A DNA stretch of 64,000 nt, taken from positions 5,518,001-5,582,000 of the forward strand of contig OZ004610.1 of the NCBI GenBank assembly GCA_963924565.1. Reading direction: 5' to 3'. The translations under genes were made by a program, and so were the position numbers. Positions 32,801-44,300 of the stretch are shown one piece after another (positions within the stretch are counted from its first letter, which is position 1; each line of letters begins with the position of its first letter). The notes under the pieces were generated by a model. It was not told the DNA's origin. It ran no database searches and was given only the letters and a program-made list of their open reading frames with translations. Source of the DNA: Ascidiella aspersa. Its lineage: Eukaryota.

Positions 32801-34551
32801 TCACACACACCTGAAGCAACGACGACGCTTAGAGCTGCGAAAGTTGCCAAGCGCCGTTAAATGCTTGTCCGACGCGCGGATAAACGCGTTATTAGCGGCG
32901 ATGCTTTTGGCTTGACGGCGCAGCAAGACGAAACAACGCCCTTGTTTGAATAGGCGCTCGGAACGGCAGAAAACAAACAGGCGGCAGCGGCGGGATCGGC
33001 GACGGAGCTTGACTTTGACGTCAGACCGATCCTTCGTACGTCTATGCATTTTTAACGAGATGCGTACTATGGCCGGTTATAGGTTTTTGCGCTTAAGATG
33101 TGAATTTAAAATTTAATAAATTTGCGTCTAAGTTATAATTTTTTTAACGAGGTGATGCTGTATATGGCCGGTTATAGGTTTTTTTGCTTAAGACATGAAT
33201 CAAAAATTCATTAAATATGCGCTTTAAGAATAAATTAACATTCAATACATTTGCGTCTTTTGAAGTGTATATTGAACGTCATTTTTAATAATTTTACAAA
33301 TTAACAAGCCTATTGGCAACACACAATTTCGCTTGCCACATTGTTGTTCGCACTAAGCCCTAAGCCCTACATGCTTAAAGTACGTAAGTCGGTTTAACGT
33401 TGTTTTTTACAACGGCGTACCACGTAAGATTAGAGCACGCTAAAAATACACACAACTTGTACATTTGTTCTGTTATGCCAAAGAAAAATGCGACGGGGTC
33501 TTGCTGCCGAAAACAAATCAACATTTGCGAACTAATTACTGTTCGGAAATTGGCCGAACAAGAAGGTAGCATTATATTTCCCTAATGCCACTCAAACGCT
33601 TTTTTCGCGATGATAGATTAATAAAAAAACGCGTATACAAACCTAACTTTGCCTTCGGTGCCAAGTGTGGATTGCGAAAAAAAAACATTTACCGCTGTAT
33701 AACGGGCAAAAAACCTTTGACGAAGTACACTTAAAGCGCTGAGCGTTAGGCACACTACACTCGCGGGGTTGCGCAAGAAGGCTATAAAACTAGCGAAACG
33801 ACACGGCTAACATGCAGCAACGCGGTACAAAGGGCTTTTGTCGATTGGCACAACTTGCATTGCACGGTTTTCCACCACAATGTCACGTCCCTCTCCAACC
33901 TTAGCTCAGGTTCGACTGTGGACTTGGTTCACCGGTTTCGAATTGAAAAACAAATTACCAGCGCAATTTTATGGATCGATGTCCTCTTGCCTTAAAATTT
34001 TAAATCGAAAACATTATAAAACAAAAACAGCTATATACAGTGAGATCGGCTACCTTGTAAATGTCATAATGGCGTTTAATGTTAGTTTTAAAAAAAAAAG
34101 ATATTTTTTGAAAAATTACGTGAACGTGCTTCACGGGCTCCCAAGTGGTTGACAAACCATACATTGTGAACCTCTAGTTATATAAAGCGCATTTCACGTA
34201 AAACCATAGCCACCAAACGACTGTAACTAAAAAAAGTGGTTAAAAATTCCGGTGAAAAATGTGACATGGGCAGTACAAGGCGTCCAACGCAAGCTATACC
34301 CAGGAAAAAAACGCCCCAAAATAACTTACAAAACAACAAAACGGCAAAACAGCAAAGGTACCCACCTCATAGCTTATAAGGCCGGCGCTCTGCGGCAATG
34401 CAGAGGCCTGGACGACGTTTTGCTGTAGAGGCAACATCTGCTGGAGCATGGCCCGGTTCTGTAGCAGGGTCTGGCGACCGGTGATTTCGAGCTGCTGCTT
34501 TAGTTGGTAGGTGGGATGCAGGTACTTGCACGATTCGCGGTTGCAGCGGCC
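17636..34551 (-). CDS. MBNL: Muscleblind-like CCCH RNA-binding protein, 5'-partial (ZnF1 exon not found in window); ZnF2-ZnF6 present
   Basis: Minus-strand exons 34551-34366, 32028-31908, 30317-30157, 26080-25898, 24491-24417, [23448-23416], 22478-22238, 21623-21469, 20721-20550, 18638-18585, 17877-17636. They total 1590 nt (1623 with the microexon) in one open frame. Signature peptides [29 protein letters not shown]|[24 protein letters not shown]. Confidence 0.93.
18585..18638 (-). CDS. MBNL: MBNL 54-nt exon, ZnF5-6 linker and first Cys of ZnF6
   Basis: TTTGCAG| [18 protein letters not shown] |GTAAGA; phase 1/1. Confidence 0.88.
18948..18983 (+). ncRNA. Minimal type I hammerhead ribozyme motif (family A, intact core)
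   Basis: UGAC-CUGAUGA-A-GCAC(GGUU)GUGC-GAAA-GC-UU^-GUCA; palindromic AGCU. Confidence 0.78.
19516..19584. repeat. Tandem repeat, 3 x 23 bp
   Basis: TGTAGTGG(T/C)ATACCAGCATATTT x3, no spacers. Confidence 0.95.
20550..20721 (-). CDS. MBNL: MBNL polyQ plus ZnF5 exon
   Basis: [12 protein letters not shown]...[19 protein letters not shown]. Confidence 0.88.
21469..21623 (-). CDS. MBNL: MBNL low-complexity exon (155 nt)
   Basis: [13 protein letters not shown]...LLNGQTSQ|GTCGGT; phase 1 to 0. Confidence 0.83.
22238..22478 (-). CDS. MBNL: MBNL exon with LKRHALE NLS-like motif
   Basis: [18 protein letters not shown]...YYQQ|GTAAGT. Confidence 0.9.
23416..23448 (-). CDS. MBNL: MBNL 33-nt cassette microexon ([11 protein letters not shown]), likely alternative
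   Basis: AAG|...GTG|GTAAGC; phase 0/0; 154-nt AG-free upstream zone. Confidence 0.72.
23451..23604 (-). promoter_or_regulatory. AG-exclusion zone with distant branch point and YGCY cluster (splicing regulatory element)
   Basis: No AG for 154 nt on - strand; CUGAU branch candidate at 23593; 7 YGCY within ~23499-23562. Confidence 0.7.
24417..24491 (-). CDS. MBNL: MBNL exon after ZnF4
   Basis: [25 protein letters not shown]|GTAGGT. Confidence 0.9.
25898..26080 (-). CDS. MBNL: MBNL ZnF3-ZnF4 exon
   Basis: [61 protein letters not shown]. Confidence 0.96.
26081..27260. repeat. Degenerate tandem duplication (~4 units) of the ZnF3-exon acceptor region plus a MITE end
   Basis: TTAAGGAAA..GGTGTTC.TGTCA.GCGTTGTA at ~26086, ~26622 and ~27001; partial unit at ~26330. 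Confidence 0.85.
28297..28389 (-). mobile_element. Family A hammerhead-repeat copy (degenerate core)
   Basis: Reverse complement of 18942-19027, including tail TTTGTCTTTATATAGTGCCAC. Confidence 0.72.
28949..29227. mobile_element. hAT-like MITE
   Basis: CACTGCTTTCCAACC / GTTAGGAAGCACTG; 8-bp flanks CGCTAAAG and CGCTTGAG. Confidence 0.68.
29493..29642. mobile_element. Family B copy, reverse orientation
   Basis: AAGCCAAAAAGGTCGAGTAAATCGACATCATCTT...TCAAGCTACATTACAGATCCG. Confidence 0.7.
30157..30317 (-). CDS. MBNL: MBNL linker exon ending RADKLE
   Basis: Ala/Gln-rich; donor GAG|GTAAGA; NAGNAG acceptor. Confidence 0.9.
30761..30924. mobile_element. Family B copy, reverse orientation
   Basis: Same arms and terminal ACATTACAGATCCG. 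Confidence 0.7.
30806..30845 (-). ncRNA. Hammerhead ribozyme motif (family B), sense to MBNL intron
   Basis: UUAA-CUGAUGA-U-GAU/AUC-GAAA-CG-UC-UUUA; core intact, weak helices. Confidence 0.55.
31908..32028 (-). CDS. MBNL: MBNL linker exon (121 nt)
   Basis: [40 protein letters not shown]; needed for phase 0 to 1. Confidence 0.8.
32519..32562 (+). ncRNA. Minimal type I hammerhead ribozyme motif (family C)
   Basis: UUUACA-CUGAUGA-U-GGCA/UGCU-GAAA-CG-UC^-UGUAAA; perfect 6-bp helix I. Confidence 0.72.
34366..34551 (-). CDS. MBNL: MBNL exon, ZnF2 C-half plus linker
   Basis: CACAG|[39 protein letters not shown]...SYE|GTGGGT. Confidence 0.93.
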
Positions 34552-35057
34552 CTGTGGGTGAGTTAGGAACGAAATCTTACGACCGGTTCTTGGTCAAGCA
34601 GAACTCTCTCTTTCTGAGAAGCGATTGCAAATGATCGGCAGCGGCGGCGAAAAATCTCCTTTCGAAGCGTTTGACAGGCGGCGGGCGAATTAATGCGAGC
34701 TAATTGGGCGGATGGATGGCTATATTTTTTTTGCTATGTGCGGTTTAGCACTTAGGTGTGACTGCAATGGAAAGAGAATATGGGTTAGGAATGGGAGCCG
34801 GCAAAACGGGGAGGATTTGCGATAGCGGTGCGAAGTGCGTAAAATTCAGTTGCTACGAGTAATCTAAAAACATGAAGCTTGCCTGCAAGAATAGAATGCC
34901 ACTTTCTTGTCCAAAAATATCGCGGTCATTCTTACACCTTTCACCTTTCACCTTTTCTCAATTGGTGAATTTCAATATAATCCTACCACAAAGCGACAGA
35001 AAAACAGAACCCGTCACAATCAACAACTAGATAGGAGTAGATAGCTGTTAAAAATTA

Positions 35058-35330
35058 AAACCATGACGTCCCACTTTTGTTTTTTGTCCCCCAACCAAAG
35101 GCCCCTAGGGATGCAGACTCATTAACCTCTTATACGCACCTACATACCACTTTACATAAAGTCTGAAATTTTGAAAGTGCTAATAAACATTTTGTTATTA
35201 AGGCTTCGGACAAAAAACGGTCTGAAACATACCAAGCAAACCATAACAACCAAATAAGAATGAGCAAAAACAAGATGTGTTTTAAAAAAATAAAATTTCG
35301 GCCCATATAATAAGAACAACCTAAAACTGT
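35058..35330. repeat. Dispersed repeat shared with ~63412-63655
   Basis: Collinear blocks ATGACGTC.CACT, GGCCCCT.GGG, TACATACCAC, GTCTGAAA, CGGTCTGAAACATA. Confidence 0.7.
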
Positions 35331-36205
35331 AATTAACCTTTCCACGTTATCATGCTTCCCAGCCTAGCACAAGCCACGTACGTACGACCAACAAACACTT
35401 ACACACTAAAACTGCCTGATCGAAGGCGCAGCTTCTTTGCATTGCGTGGGACGACAAGGACGCGGCGTTGCCAGACAAACGATAACTTGATAGCGAGAAT
35501 TAATAAGTAACGACCTGTATTTCGGGGCGTAAGGTGCTGCGCGCACTTCAAACCGCGACAAATAGATGGGCGCTTTGCTGCAGTGTTACAAGGTGCGCGA
35601 CAGTGCAATCGCGAGGCCGTTGTTTGCATTGGGGCACCTGAGAATGGGGAAGTGTTTTTTTTGCATGCAAATTCACCAGGCCTTCCTATGTACCCGATAT
35701 AGTACCGCTTACAAGAGTCAAAAAGTAAAACTTTCAATAAAAACACTAAAAAACAGGGGCCTTGGAGAAAGGCCTACCAGGTGGCCTTGAAAATCCTAAT
35801 TGAAAAAAAAAAAAATCTTCAAATTTCTTTCATTATTATGGTATAGTTTTACGCTTTAACGATGAACCGAAAAGCGTTTTTAACGCTGAAAAGTTTCAAA
35901 TCCGTCGCCCCCGCGCCGCACTGTTACAAAGGTTACGAAAAAATACAGGGATCGGCCAATTATTTTTTGTTTGAGTGGCCACACAGTAAAGTGTCCCCGT
36001 CCAGGCGACAAGCGGCGCTTTCCCGCATCAAAGCCGATCAATTTGGTTGAAGTGAAGCGAAAAGTAAGCGCGAACGCATCTTAGTCGTCAGGGTCGAGAG
36101 TCGAGTTTGAGCGCAAAAAGCCCAACGGGGCGCGCAAATCGCTAAACGCTCGATTAGGAAGCCGACTGAATCTTTACCTTCACCAACAAACCGATATGTG
36201 TGAGT

Positions 36206-36653
36206 CAGACTTGGCCAACTAGATTGTTCTAGGTTCTTAGTTTAATGAATTTAGAGCAAAATGCGGCGAATTCTAGTTCTAATCTAATTTGTGAATTGCC
36301 AGAGTGCTCTTATTCTAGTTTCGATCTAATTCGGATTTCACCACAAATGGTATTTTGTCCAAACGCATTTTTAGACTCTCAGCTAAAACAAACAATTTGA
36401 AATAAAACTCTTTGGTCGAAGCGACTTGTTGGTGATTTGTACATTCAAAAAAGCATAGGCCATGCTAAAAATATAAAAAAATGCACTGTAATTCAAGTTG
36501 AAATTCGTTGCCATAAGAAATCGGTAATTCTAATTCTAAACTAATTTGAGAAAACCATAATGATCTAATTCTAATTTGGAAAACGTCAAACACTCGAATT
36601 TAAATTCTAATATATTTTTAAAAAGATAAAATAAATCTAGTCGCTTAAGTCTG
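36206..36653. mobile_element. hAT-like MITE (TCTAAT/TCTAGT repeats)
   Basis: TIR CAGACTT..ACTAGATT / AATCTAGT..AAGTCTG; TSD GTGTGAGT/GTGTGTGT; inverted relative at ~12300-12520. Confidence 0.75.
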
Positions 36654-39628
36654 GTGTGTGTGCGTCGCTCGTAGCGCTCGGAAAGCGTCGTGTTTCCTTC
36701 TGCGAGAGGTGGCTACAAAAATGAGTGCCTAGGCCGCTGAGCAAATCACGCTCGTGGAGTGGCGCCGAAATCGAGGGGGGCAGGGCGCATCTGGTGAAAG
36801 TGGCATCGAAGAAGCGGCGTCGAGGGCCCTCCAGGCCCAGGCCGAGGGCAGAGTTGTCCGTTCAAACAAAAAGAAGCCTCCTCTGCTTTCACCACGCGCT
36901 TTCGGTCGATAGGCGAGCCACCCTTAATCCAACAACGGCACCGGAGCGGAATTTCGGGCGTTTGTATTGTTTCTAGGAGCGCTCGGGCTTTTAATACTAA
37001 ACTGCTGAAGCCGGTTCTCGCCTGAGCGTTTTCGTTTTCGTTTTCGCACTTGTACAAAGTATATACCGCCGGGTGAGGCTGGTGCTGTGTCAGGGAGATG
37101 ATTTTATCATAAAAGGTAGCTTTTGAGAGATTAAAACGGCGGTTGAGAAAAAGAAAACTGACATAAAACTTTGTTAAGGATTCTTTTAAGGAGCCATGAC
37201 CCTGTTTGTAAGTCCTAAATGTTTGCTAATTTAAAAGTTCTCTTGTTGGCCAAGAAATAACAGAAGTATATGCCGGCAGGTGCGGCTGTTTAGTGGGAGA
37301 TTCTTCTTTTGGACAAGGTAGCTTTCGATAGATTAAAACGGCGGTTGAAAACAAAGAAAACTGACATAAAACTTTGTTTAAAGATTCAATGAACTTCTCG
37401 TGTGTCTTTCTGTTTTCCTATTTTTTCTTTTCAACTGACTTGTTGAGCGTAAGGAAGGACTGTTAGCTTGCTGGAACGTTTTTTTTACAAGGTAAACTTA
37501 GCCCCAGCAATATGCTGTCGCGTTGTGAAAAATCCTTAAATGTATCTGGTTTAGCAATTTGTCGTAGAACAAGCGACTGTCAAAGTTACGGGATTTTGCT
37601 TGAAAAAACTTTTAACCTCCTGGATACAAATCCAATGTCAAACAGCGCGCTGCTGAGCAAGTCAGTCATTCACATTTGCCACGCCTTCAATAAGGCGGTC
37701 GTAAGATTAAGGCTGAGAATCAGCAGATTGCAGTACAGCACAGGCTGTGTACTCGAGTTTCTGAGGGGCAATCGCCCTGTTTTTAAGACGCTATCGTTGA
37801 CTGATTTAAAACTTCTCTTGTTGGCTAAAAAATAACCAATTCGTAGTACTTCAGGATGCGTGCCTACTCTTTGATATTTTATTATCGGGGTACATCTTTA
37901 GCCACTTTTTTCTTACAATCCGATTTTCAGGTGCCCTGTGTTTGTGTCAAGGCGCCCTTGAATATCGCGGTCCAAGTGAAAGTCGCCTGTGCGGGGCAGA
38001 ACGGCATTTTAGCGATGTGGTGTGACGCCGTTCAAAGAACACGCGCTTGCTCGACCGTCGACACACTCGCCTTTGCAAGGTCGTGCTAAAATGCAGGCGC
38101 CTGGCGGTGACAGTGAATGACAAGATGAGAGGCAGCGCAGATACACAACAGTAGCAGTGTGTGGCTTGGTCGCCAGTCGGTAGACAAAATATAGCGGCGC
38201 AGCAACCAAGAACAGCAGTTTGTGAATACAGGGCCAGCACAGTATAAATTGGGTTAAGTTAGATTTAGCAAAGCTTCAATATTTTAAGCGGTTCGACTTG
38301 AATTTTCACGGACTTTGCAGATGGTGATAGCATGAACACAAAGGAATAAGGGTACAAGGCGCCCCAAGGGTCAAAAAGCGCCCCATGAGTCCGCAACGAC
38401 CTCGGTCAGAAGCTTCTTCCTCAGCTCGCTTCTTATTTACAAGGCTTGGAGCAAGTTACGGAAGAAGGGACTGAAAGTGGGAGCGTGCTACGGATGTGGA
38501 AAGCGTGAGAACCATCAGTAGAACAATCAGATGCAATTTTTTTGAGTGGTATCAAAACTGTTGCATCGGTCAGAAAGCTATATGATAAAATAGCGGTGCA
38601 TTTCCCTCAATTAGCACAGTTTAAACAGAACATTTCACAAAATAAGGCACTTGAGGCATAAAGTGAGAAGTGCAGTTTTAGACAGAAAACCGTGGAAAAC
38701 ATCACCAATGTCAAAACATCTGTACCGTTTGTCGAAAGAAACCCAGGAGTCCGTCTCGACGCGTGGCAAAAAACAGGCGGCGATAAAACAGTCAACAGCA
38801 GCCGCAGCAACAGCTTTGGGCCGAAAAGCGCCTGTCGACGGCTCGGGTGTGCAGCGAAGCGTGACGCAAGATCGCCCGCCGACAGACGGGTCACGTGCCC
38901 AGACGAGCTAATGACGGAAAATTGCCGGGCGCTTTGACCCGTAAAAACAGACTTGCTGCAGTTTTTTGCCAGAGATTCATCACCCCGCTTTCTCTGTGAA
39001 CAGTGGCTTAGCCAGTCGAAAATTTTGGGGAGGGACAAAAAGTTTGAACTTCTTTGTTCAGCTTTTGTCATTGCATTAACTGCCGTATCGAACACATATA
39101 AATATGCTAGCAAACCATTTCGAGCAGTAACTGACGGAGTGTTAACGCAATACTTAAAACCATTAAAATAGCAAAATCTGTCTAAAAGTAGTAAAACTAC
39201 ATCGTTTGTGACGTAACAGTGCATGACAATTGACGGTGTGGCATGCCAGTGGTCGACTGTTGTGGTTCTGCTCCAAAATGCTACAAAACAAATTATTAAG
39301 AATAAAAAAATGTTTATAAATTTTGATGTGGGCCATGGCCACTTAGCCCCCCTTCCCTGGCTACGCCTATGTCTGCGAACCCTGTGCACCGTTTGCGAAC
39401 GTGCGGAATGGCCGATGGCGCGCACTGGTCGGTAAACCTGTGGTTTTAGTTAATGGCCCCGTCTTGAAGGTCCGGCTTATTACTCGATAACTCACTGTCG
39501 GCGAAAGAGCGCGACGAATAACTCGTGGGGCAAATTAGCTGCCCGATGACCTTATGCTTCTGCTGCTGTTTGTGCTTGCTTCTAAAAAGTGAGTTTCAAT
39601 CTATTGGCGACGTGGCGTTATTTGCTTC

Positions 39629-40020
39629 CAGTGGTTCCCAACCTTTTCTAAAAATTTGCCTGATGGACTCGTTGTAATTGCTTTGATATTTCGCGGCCCT
39701 ATTAAAACTTAAGGGTCAGTCGACCATGGTGTTTCTTGTAGTACATTAGTGCGGTTACGATTCTTTCTAATGTAACAACTTTTTAACTAATGCGAACGAT
39801 TAGCTGATAGCAGGTATAGTACAGTATAATAGATGCTTTATAATGTCACAAGAGACATCGTAAAACACGCTATAAAAGACAATAGTGATGACAGATAATG
39901 TTTAAAAACATTCGCTAAAGCCTAATGTGGAAAAACTTAAAGACTAATTCTTCTTTTTGAGCCTGTGAAACTGCTGTGCCGACTCCAGTTGGTCCGGGGA
40001 CCCAAGTTTGAGAACCGCTG
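39629..40020. mobile_element. hAT-like MITE
   Basis: CAGTGGTTCCCAACC / GTTTGAGAACCGCTG. Confidence 0.7.
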
Positions 40021-41232
40021 GGCTAACGTCTCATGGCCGTCGCCAGATCGACTTAGATAACTGGGAGACGTCGGCTTGGATAACACGTTGAATCGCAAAG
40101 TAAACACGCCTACGATTTTTTTGGAGACCGTCGCTTTTTAGATTATTACCGTGTCTACGGACGTTTTCCTCTTACCATATGTGGATAGCGAAAAGGGGGA
40201 TAAAAAGTGAAAAATGGCAAGTTCAGAAGGGCGGGGTTGGCAAGGGATGATGGATGATTTGTGGGAGGTCACACGCGAATTTAGAGACGTCTGGGGACCA
40301 CACGCAAGAACCTTATACAACACGAAGTTCATTAATCTTGATGTGTGTGTTGCCGATCACGTGTTGAACGGGTTGGAAAAATATGGTTTATGCTGTCCAA
40401 GGTTTAACAGAGATACGCGGTTAGAAGACACTGCCACCTGGCAGATATATACGTGGACTTGTTACACTGATACTTTTTGGGAACATTTTTGAACAATTTT
40501 AACCCTATTACAGCTCAATTCATTTACATAGCAAACTGCCAGCGACGTTTTTCGTAAATTGCTGTTTTTTAAAAAAAATAGGCCCTGAAAACTGTTCGGT
40601 GCTCAGTCGATATATAGCACAAGCACGCATATACATTAGGGGGGACTTTTTTTAAATAATTTTAACCGCTATTACAGCCTAATTCAAATGCTTAGCAAAC
40701 CGGCTGCGACGTTTCCGGTAAATCGCTGTTTTTTTGTTAAAATACCAGGAGAAACTGTTCCTTGCTGGCAGTCACTATATATCACATGCACCATCGACCG
40801 AGGTTAGCTACGGTCCACAGTCCACACTCTACTATGTAATTAATTATATCGCTGCTGCGCTTAACACACGGCAGAAGTATATTGCTTCTTTATGAAAGTG
40901 TGAGCGACGGGCAGACAGGCGGGAATGTGACGCAACTCACGAATTCGCGATTGCGGGAGTTTTCTGCAGGATTTAGCACATACGAAGCCAGCATTCCAAC
41001 AATGGAGCCGGGCAAATCACGACACGGCAGCCAAAAAGAAAACACGGCCTGTGTGTGTTTCGCCTGTTGCGCTTGCGTTTTAAACACAAGAACACCGATG
41101 CCTATAACCCTGCCTATATATATTTCGATATATATATATATATTTACCTACATATACCATATCTATAAATATTACCTATTTATATATATTTATAAGTAAA
41201 AAAACGATTACTGCATAACTAACAGCAGAATA

Positions 41233-41379
41233 CTCTAGCAAAGCTAGCAATTCAGGCCAGACACTTTTAAAAAATCTTAAAAGGTATATCGCCAGCAAAG
41301 GCATTGTCAGTATGTCTTATGAATGAATCTTTTAAGATATTTTAAAAGTGTCTGACCTGAATTGCTAGCTTTGCTAGAG
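41233..41379. repeat. Long inverted repeat (51-bp arms, 49/51 match, 45-nt loop)
   Basis: 41233-41283 versus reverse complement of 41329-41379. Confidence 0.92.
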
Positions 41380-44300
41380 GGTTTTTTTGTTACTGATCGG
41401 GAATTAAGGTCGACATTTATCTTGCAAGAGTCAAGGTGATTTCCATTATCACATATGCAGTGCAATACTGACGAACTAAATATAAATTGGCGAAACATTT
41501 TCAAGCTCGTAATAGCCGGGGATTAACTTAAAACGAATTGCTGGAATTTACAGTGAGCATTTTACGGCAAGAAACGACTTAGAAAGTAAAGCTTAGGCGT
41601 CCGCCATTACCAGTTTTTCCCTTTTTTCCTCGCGGAACGAACCACGTTTTCAGTGCCCGCGTCAACTTCAAAGTTCAACAGCAACGCCTGGCAGTGCAAG
41701 CAAGCAAGCAAGCGTTCGTTGGTTCAGGCGTACATTACACAGCAATAAATCGCGACGATAAGCGGGGCGGGTTGAGAAAGCTGGTTAAAGATCACCCGAT
41801 CTCCAATAAAACGCCAAAGCGGGGGACCTTGTCGTGCCGGGAGACTTGAATCCGCCCGCCCGGGAATGATTTACAAGCGCGAGACAGCCGTGGCAAATAG
41901 CGGGTGAGATTGGACCCCGGCCTGGCTTCAACTTTGCGTCGATCGGCATCACAGTAAGGCAAACTCTTAGTCGCTTGAGACTGTGTGTACACAACTGAGA
42001 CATGCGCCCTGGAGGGCTGTATGGGCTGACGTATAGCCGCCGTTGTCGTCGTAAGCTCCTTTAATTAGAAGTCGAAAACAAACAGTCGGGTCGCGCTGTC
42101 ACCTGATCCGAGCCACGGCTAAACGCACCATTACCAGCAGTCTTAAGTGTCAGGTTATGTTTTCGGAATGGGTTAGAAGTGCTGCGAAATAATAACGCCT
42201 GTTTAATTAAACGTCGGTGGCCTTTCGAAACTGCAAAGTGCGTCAACAATATTTACACGACAGCCGAAAATACGCGATGGCTCATATACGGAGCTTGTCT
42301 GCAATTTACATATAACCAGTTAGCCACGGCGCGCTGATAATTTTGGGAGTAGGATGTCGACAAACCGGTGTTTAGCCTGGCGCGGTTGATATGACGTCAC
42401 TCTCTTCGCGTTGACCGGGAAATGTGATGACGTCACTGTCCCACTTAACACAGTCACGTCATGCGAGACAAGGTTTAATATTTGGGCGACAAACTAAACA
42501 TGCGAGATCTGCATCATGTATTGGAACAACTGCGCTTTAAAAGAAGTCAAACACTAAACAATATACACTAAGTAGGTTAAAAAACAAAGTTTGTCCAGCA
42601 CAAACTTAACATACATTCCTTGTCGATTTAACAGAAGTGCCTTTTACAATACTCTCTCCATCTATGTTTAACTGTAGCTTTCAGTATAGAATTTTGAACG
42701 CTATTCTGTGTCTTTATTTCTATAACTCCCAACATTTCGTCTTGTGAGTGTAATTACAAGCATACAGTGACAAATAAAAAGACCACCGAGGCTCAACACA
42801 AGCTAACACTGCCCCTGCTCTTATCCAAAGTTCAAAATCTTTACATACTAGGACAAGGCATTTCGCACACGGCGATCGGGCGAACGCAATCTAACACGCA
42901 GAAAAACTGTGATACTTTGTAAAAGGCTAGCGCTATAGCGACTGCTGTCAAGTTAGCAACAAGCCAACTGGTTGCAAAATTATTCTGTTCGTTTTTTTTT
43001 GCTTGTCTCCGGAAGCGATTTTCGGCCGGTCGCTGCAGCGGCGTTCGCCAAACAATGGACGCCACAGCCGGAGTGTCAAAGTTTGCGCACGCAAAGTCCA
43101 CGCCGAACGGCTTTTCTGGCGCATTTTTTTCTGCTCTACGGGCGATGTTTGGCGACGATACTTCGCGAAGCTGTGTTACTCATTAATTCGCGACGCTTCG
43201 AAACAAAACTGCCCAAACACACACAAACACACTACTGTAGGTCGCCGACTGGACTGACCACCTACCAACTGACGTGGCCGCCGCGAATGGCCAGCTGATC
43301 GACTGTTGAAGCAAAACGCAGCCCTCACAGCCGCCGCTAATGCCTGGCGTCAACTTATTTCGCTTTTTTTGGGAGAGTTGTCGGGCGTTAAAAGCCTGGC
43401 GACGGAAAACGCGCCGGTTTCGGGTCGAATTCGAGCCTGGACGGGAGACCAAAGAAACGAGTGGCAGCCGATAGAGGAGAGATAGAAAGAGCGAGTGCGC
43501 ACTTTGCACTTAGAGCTCCAACAATTTCGGGCGCATAAGCGACTGATGGAGGCAGCGGTAACCGACCGTGACAAAACCGAGGCTAAAGCACTTCCAAATA
43601 TGCGCATGCGAGTCGCCACTTTTTTGAGGCTCGAGTGAGCGGCTAGCCGTGAAAAAACCTATTTTCGCTCGGTATGAAAGCGTTAAAGCCCCCAGCGAGC
43701 GTTAAAAGGCACGGACGGCGAAAGAGCGATGGGCCAAGATTCGCAAGACGTGACTGAATTCGCCAGCACGGCACAGGTCTGGGGTGCGTGCGACCTTTTG
43801 GCTGTTTAGTATGAAGACCTTCAGCTAGCACGTCTGTATTTTCACCATGCCAATGTGTCCCACCCGCTGCGGTCTATCCTCTCGAATGGAACAGGTATTT
43901 TTATAGTTGACTGTTGCTTGAGACAACGTGATACGATCAATTCGCGGCACCAAAATGATGCAAAGACTGTCTTTCGGTTGCGCTTCAACTGACAAGAGGT
44001 ATATATAGCGTTTTTTAATCCGGTGACAACAAAACTCGAGTTTTAACTTGCAGCAAAAAGCAGCTGTATTTTTTTAAACGGCTATACCTATTTATGACGA
44101 TGTTTAAAATCGTCCAGAAGGCGTATGTCACGGTTACAAACCAGAAACTGTTTTATACAAGTTGAACAACTTGTTTTAAGCATTTTCACAGGAACAACGC
44201 AAAAATACTCAGAACTCTGCAAGCACCAATAAAGCCAAGCATCTCTGCAAACTGTCACCTAGTCCTGTTACAATATTGTTTCCTTTCGAGTAATTTCCCT

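Noticed and set aside
38607-39425. Longest ORF in the track (272 aa, -)
   Set aside because: No recognisable domain or splice structure; composition is typical of non-coding DNA.
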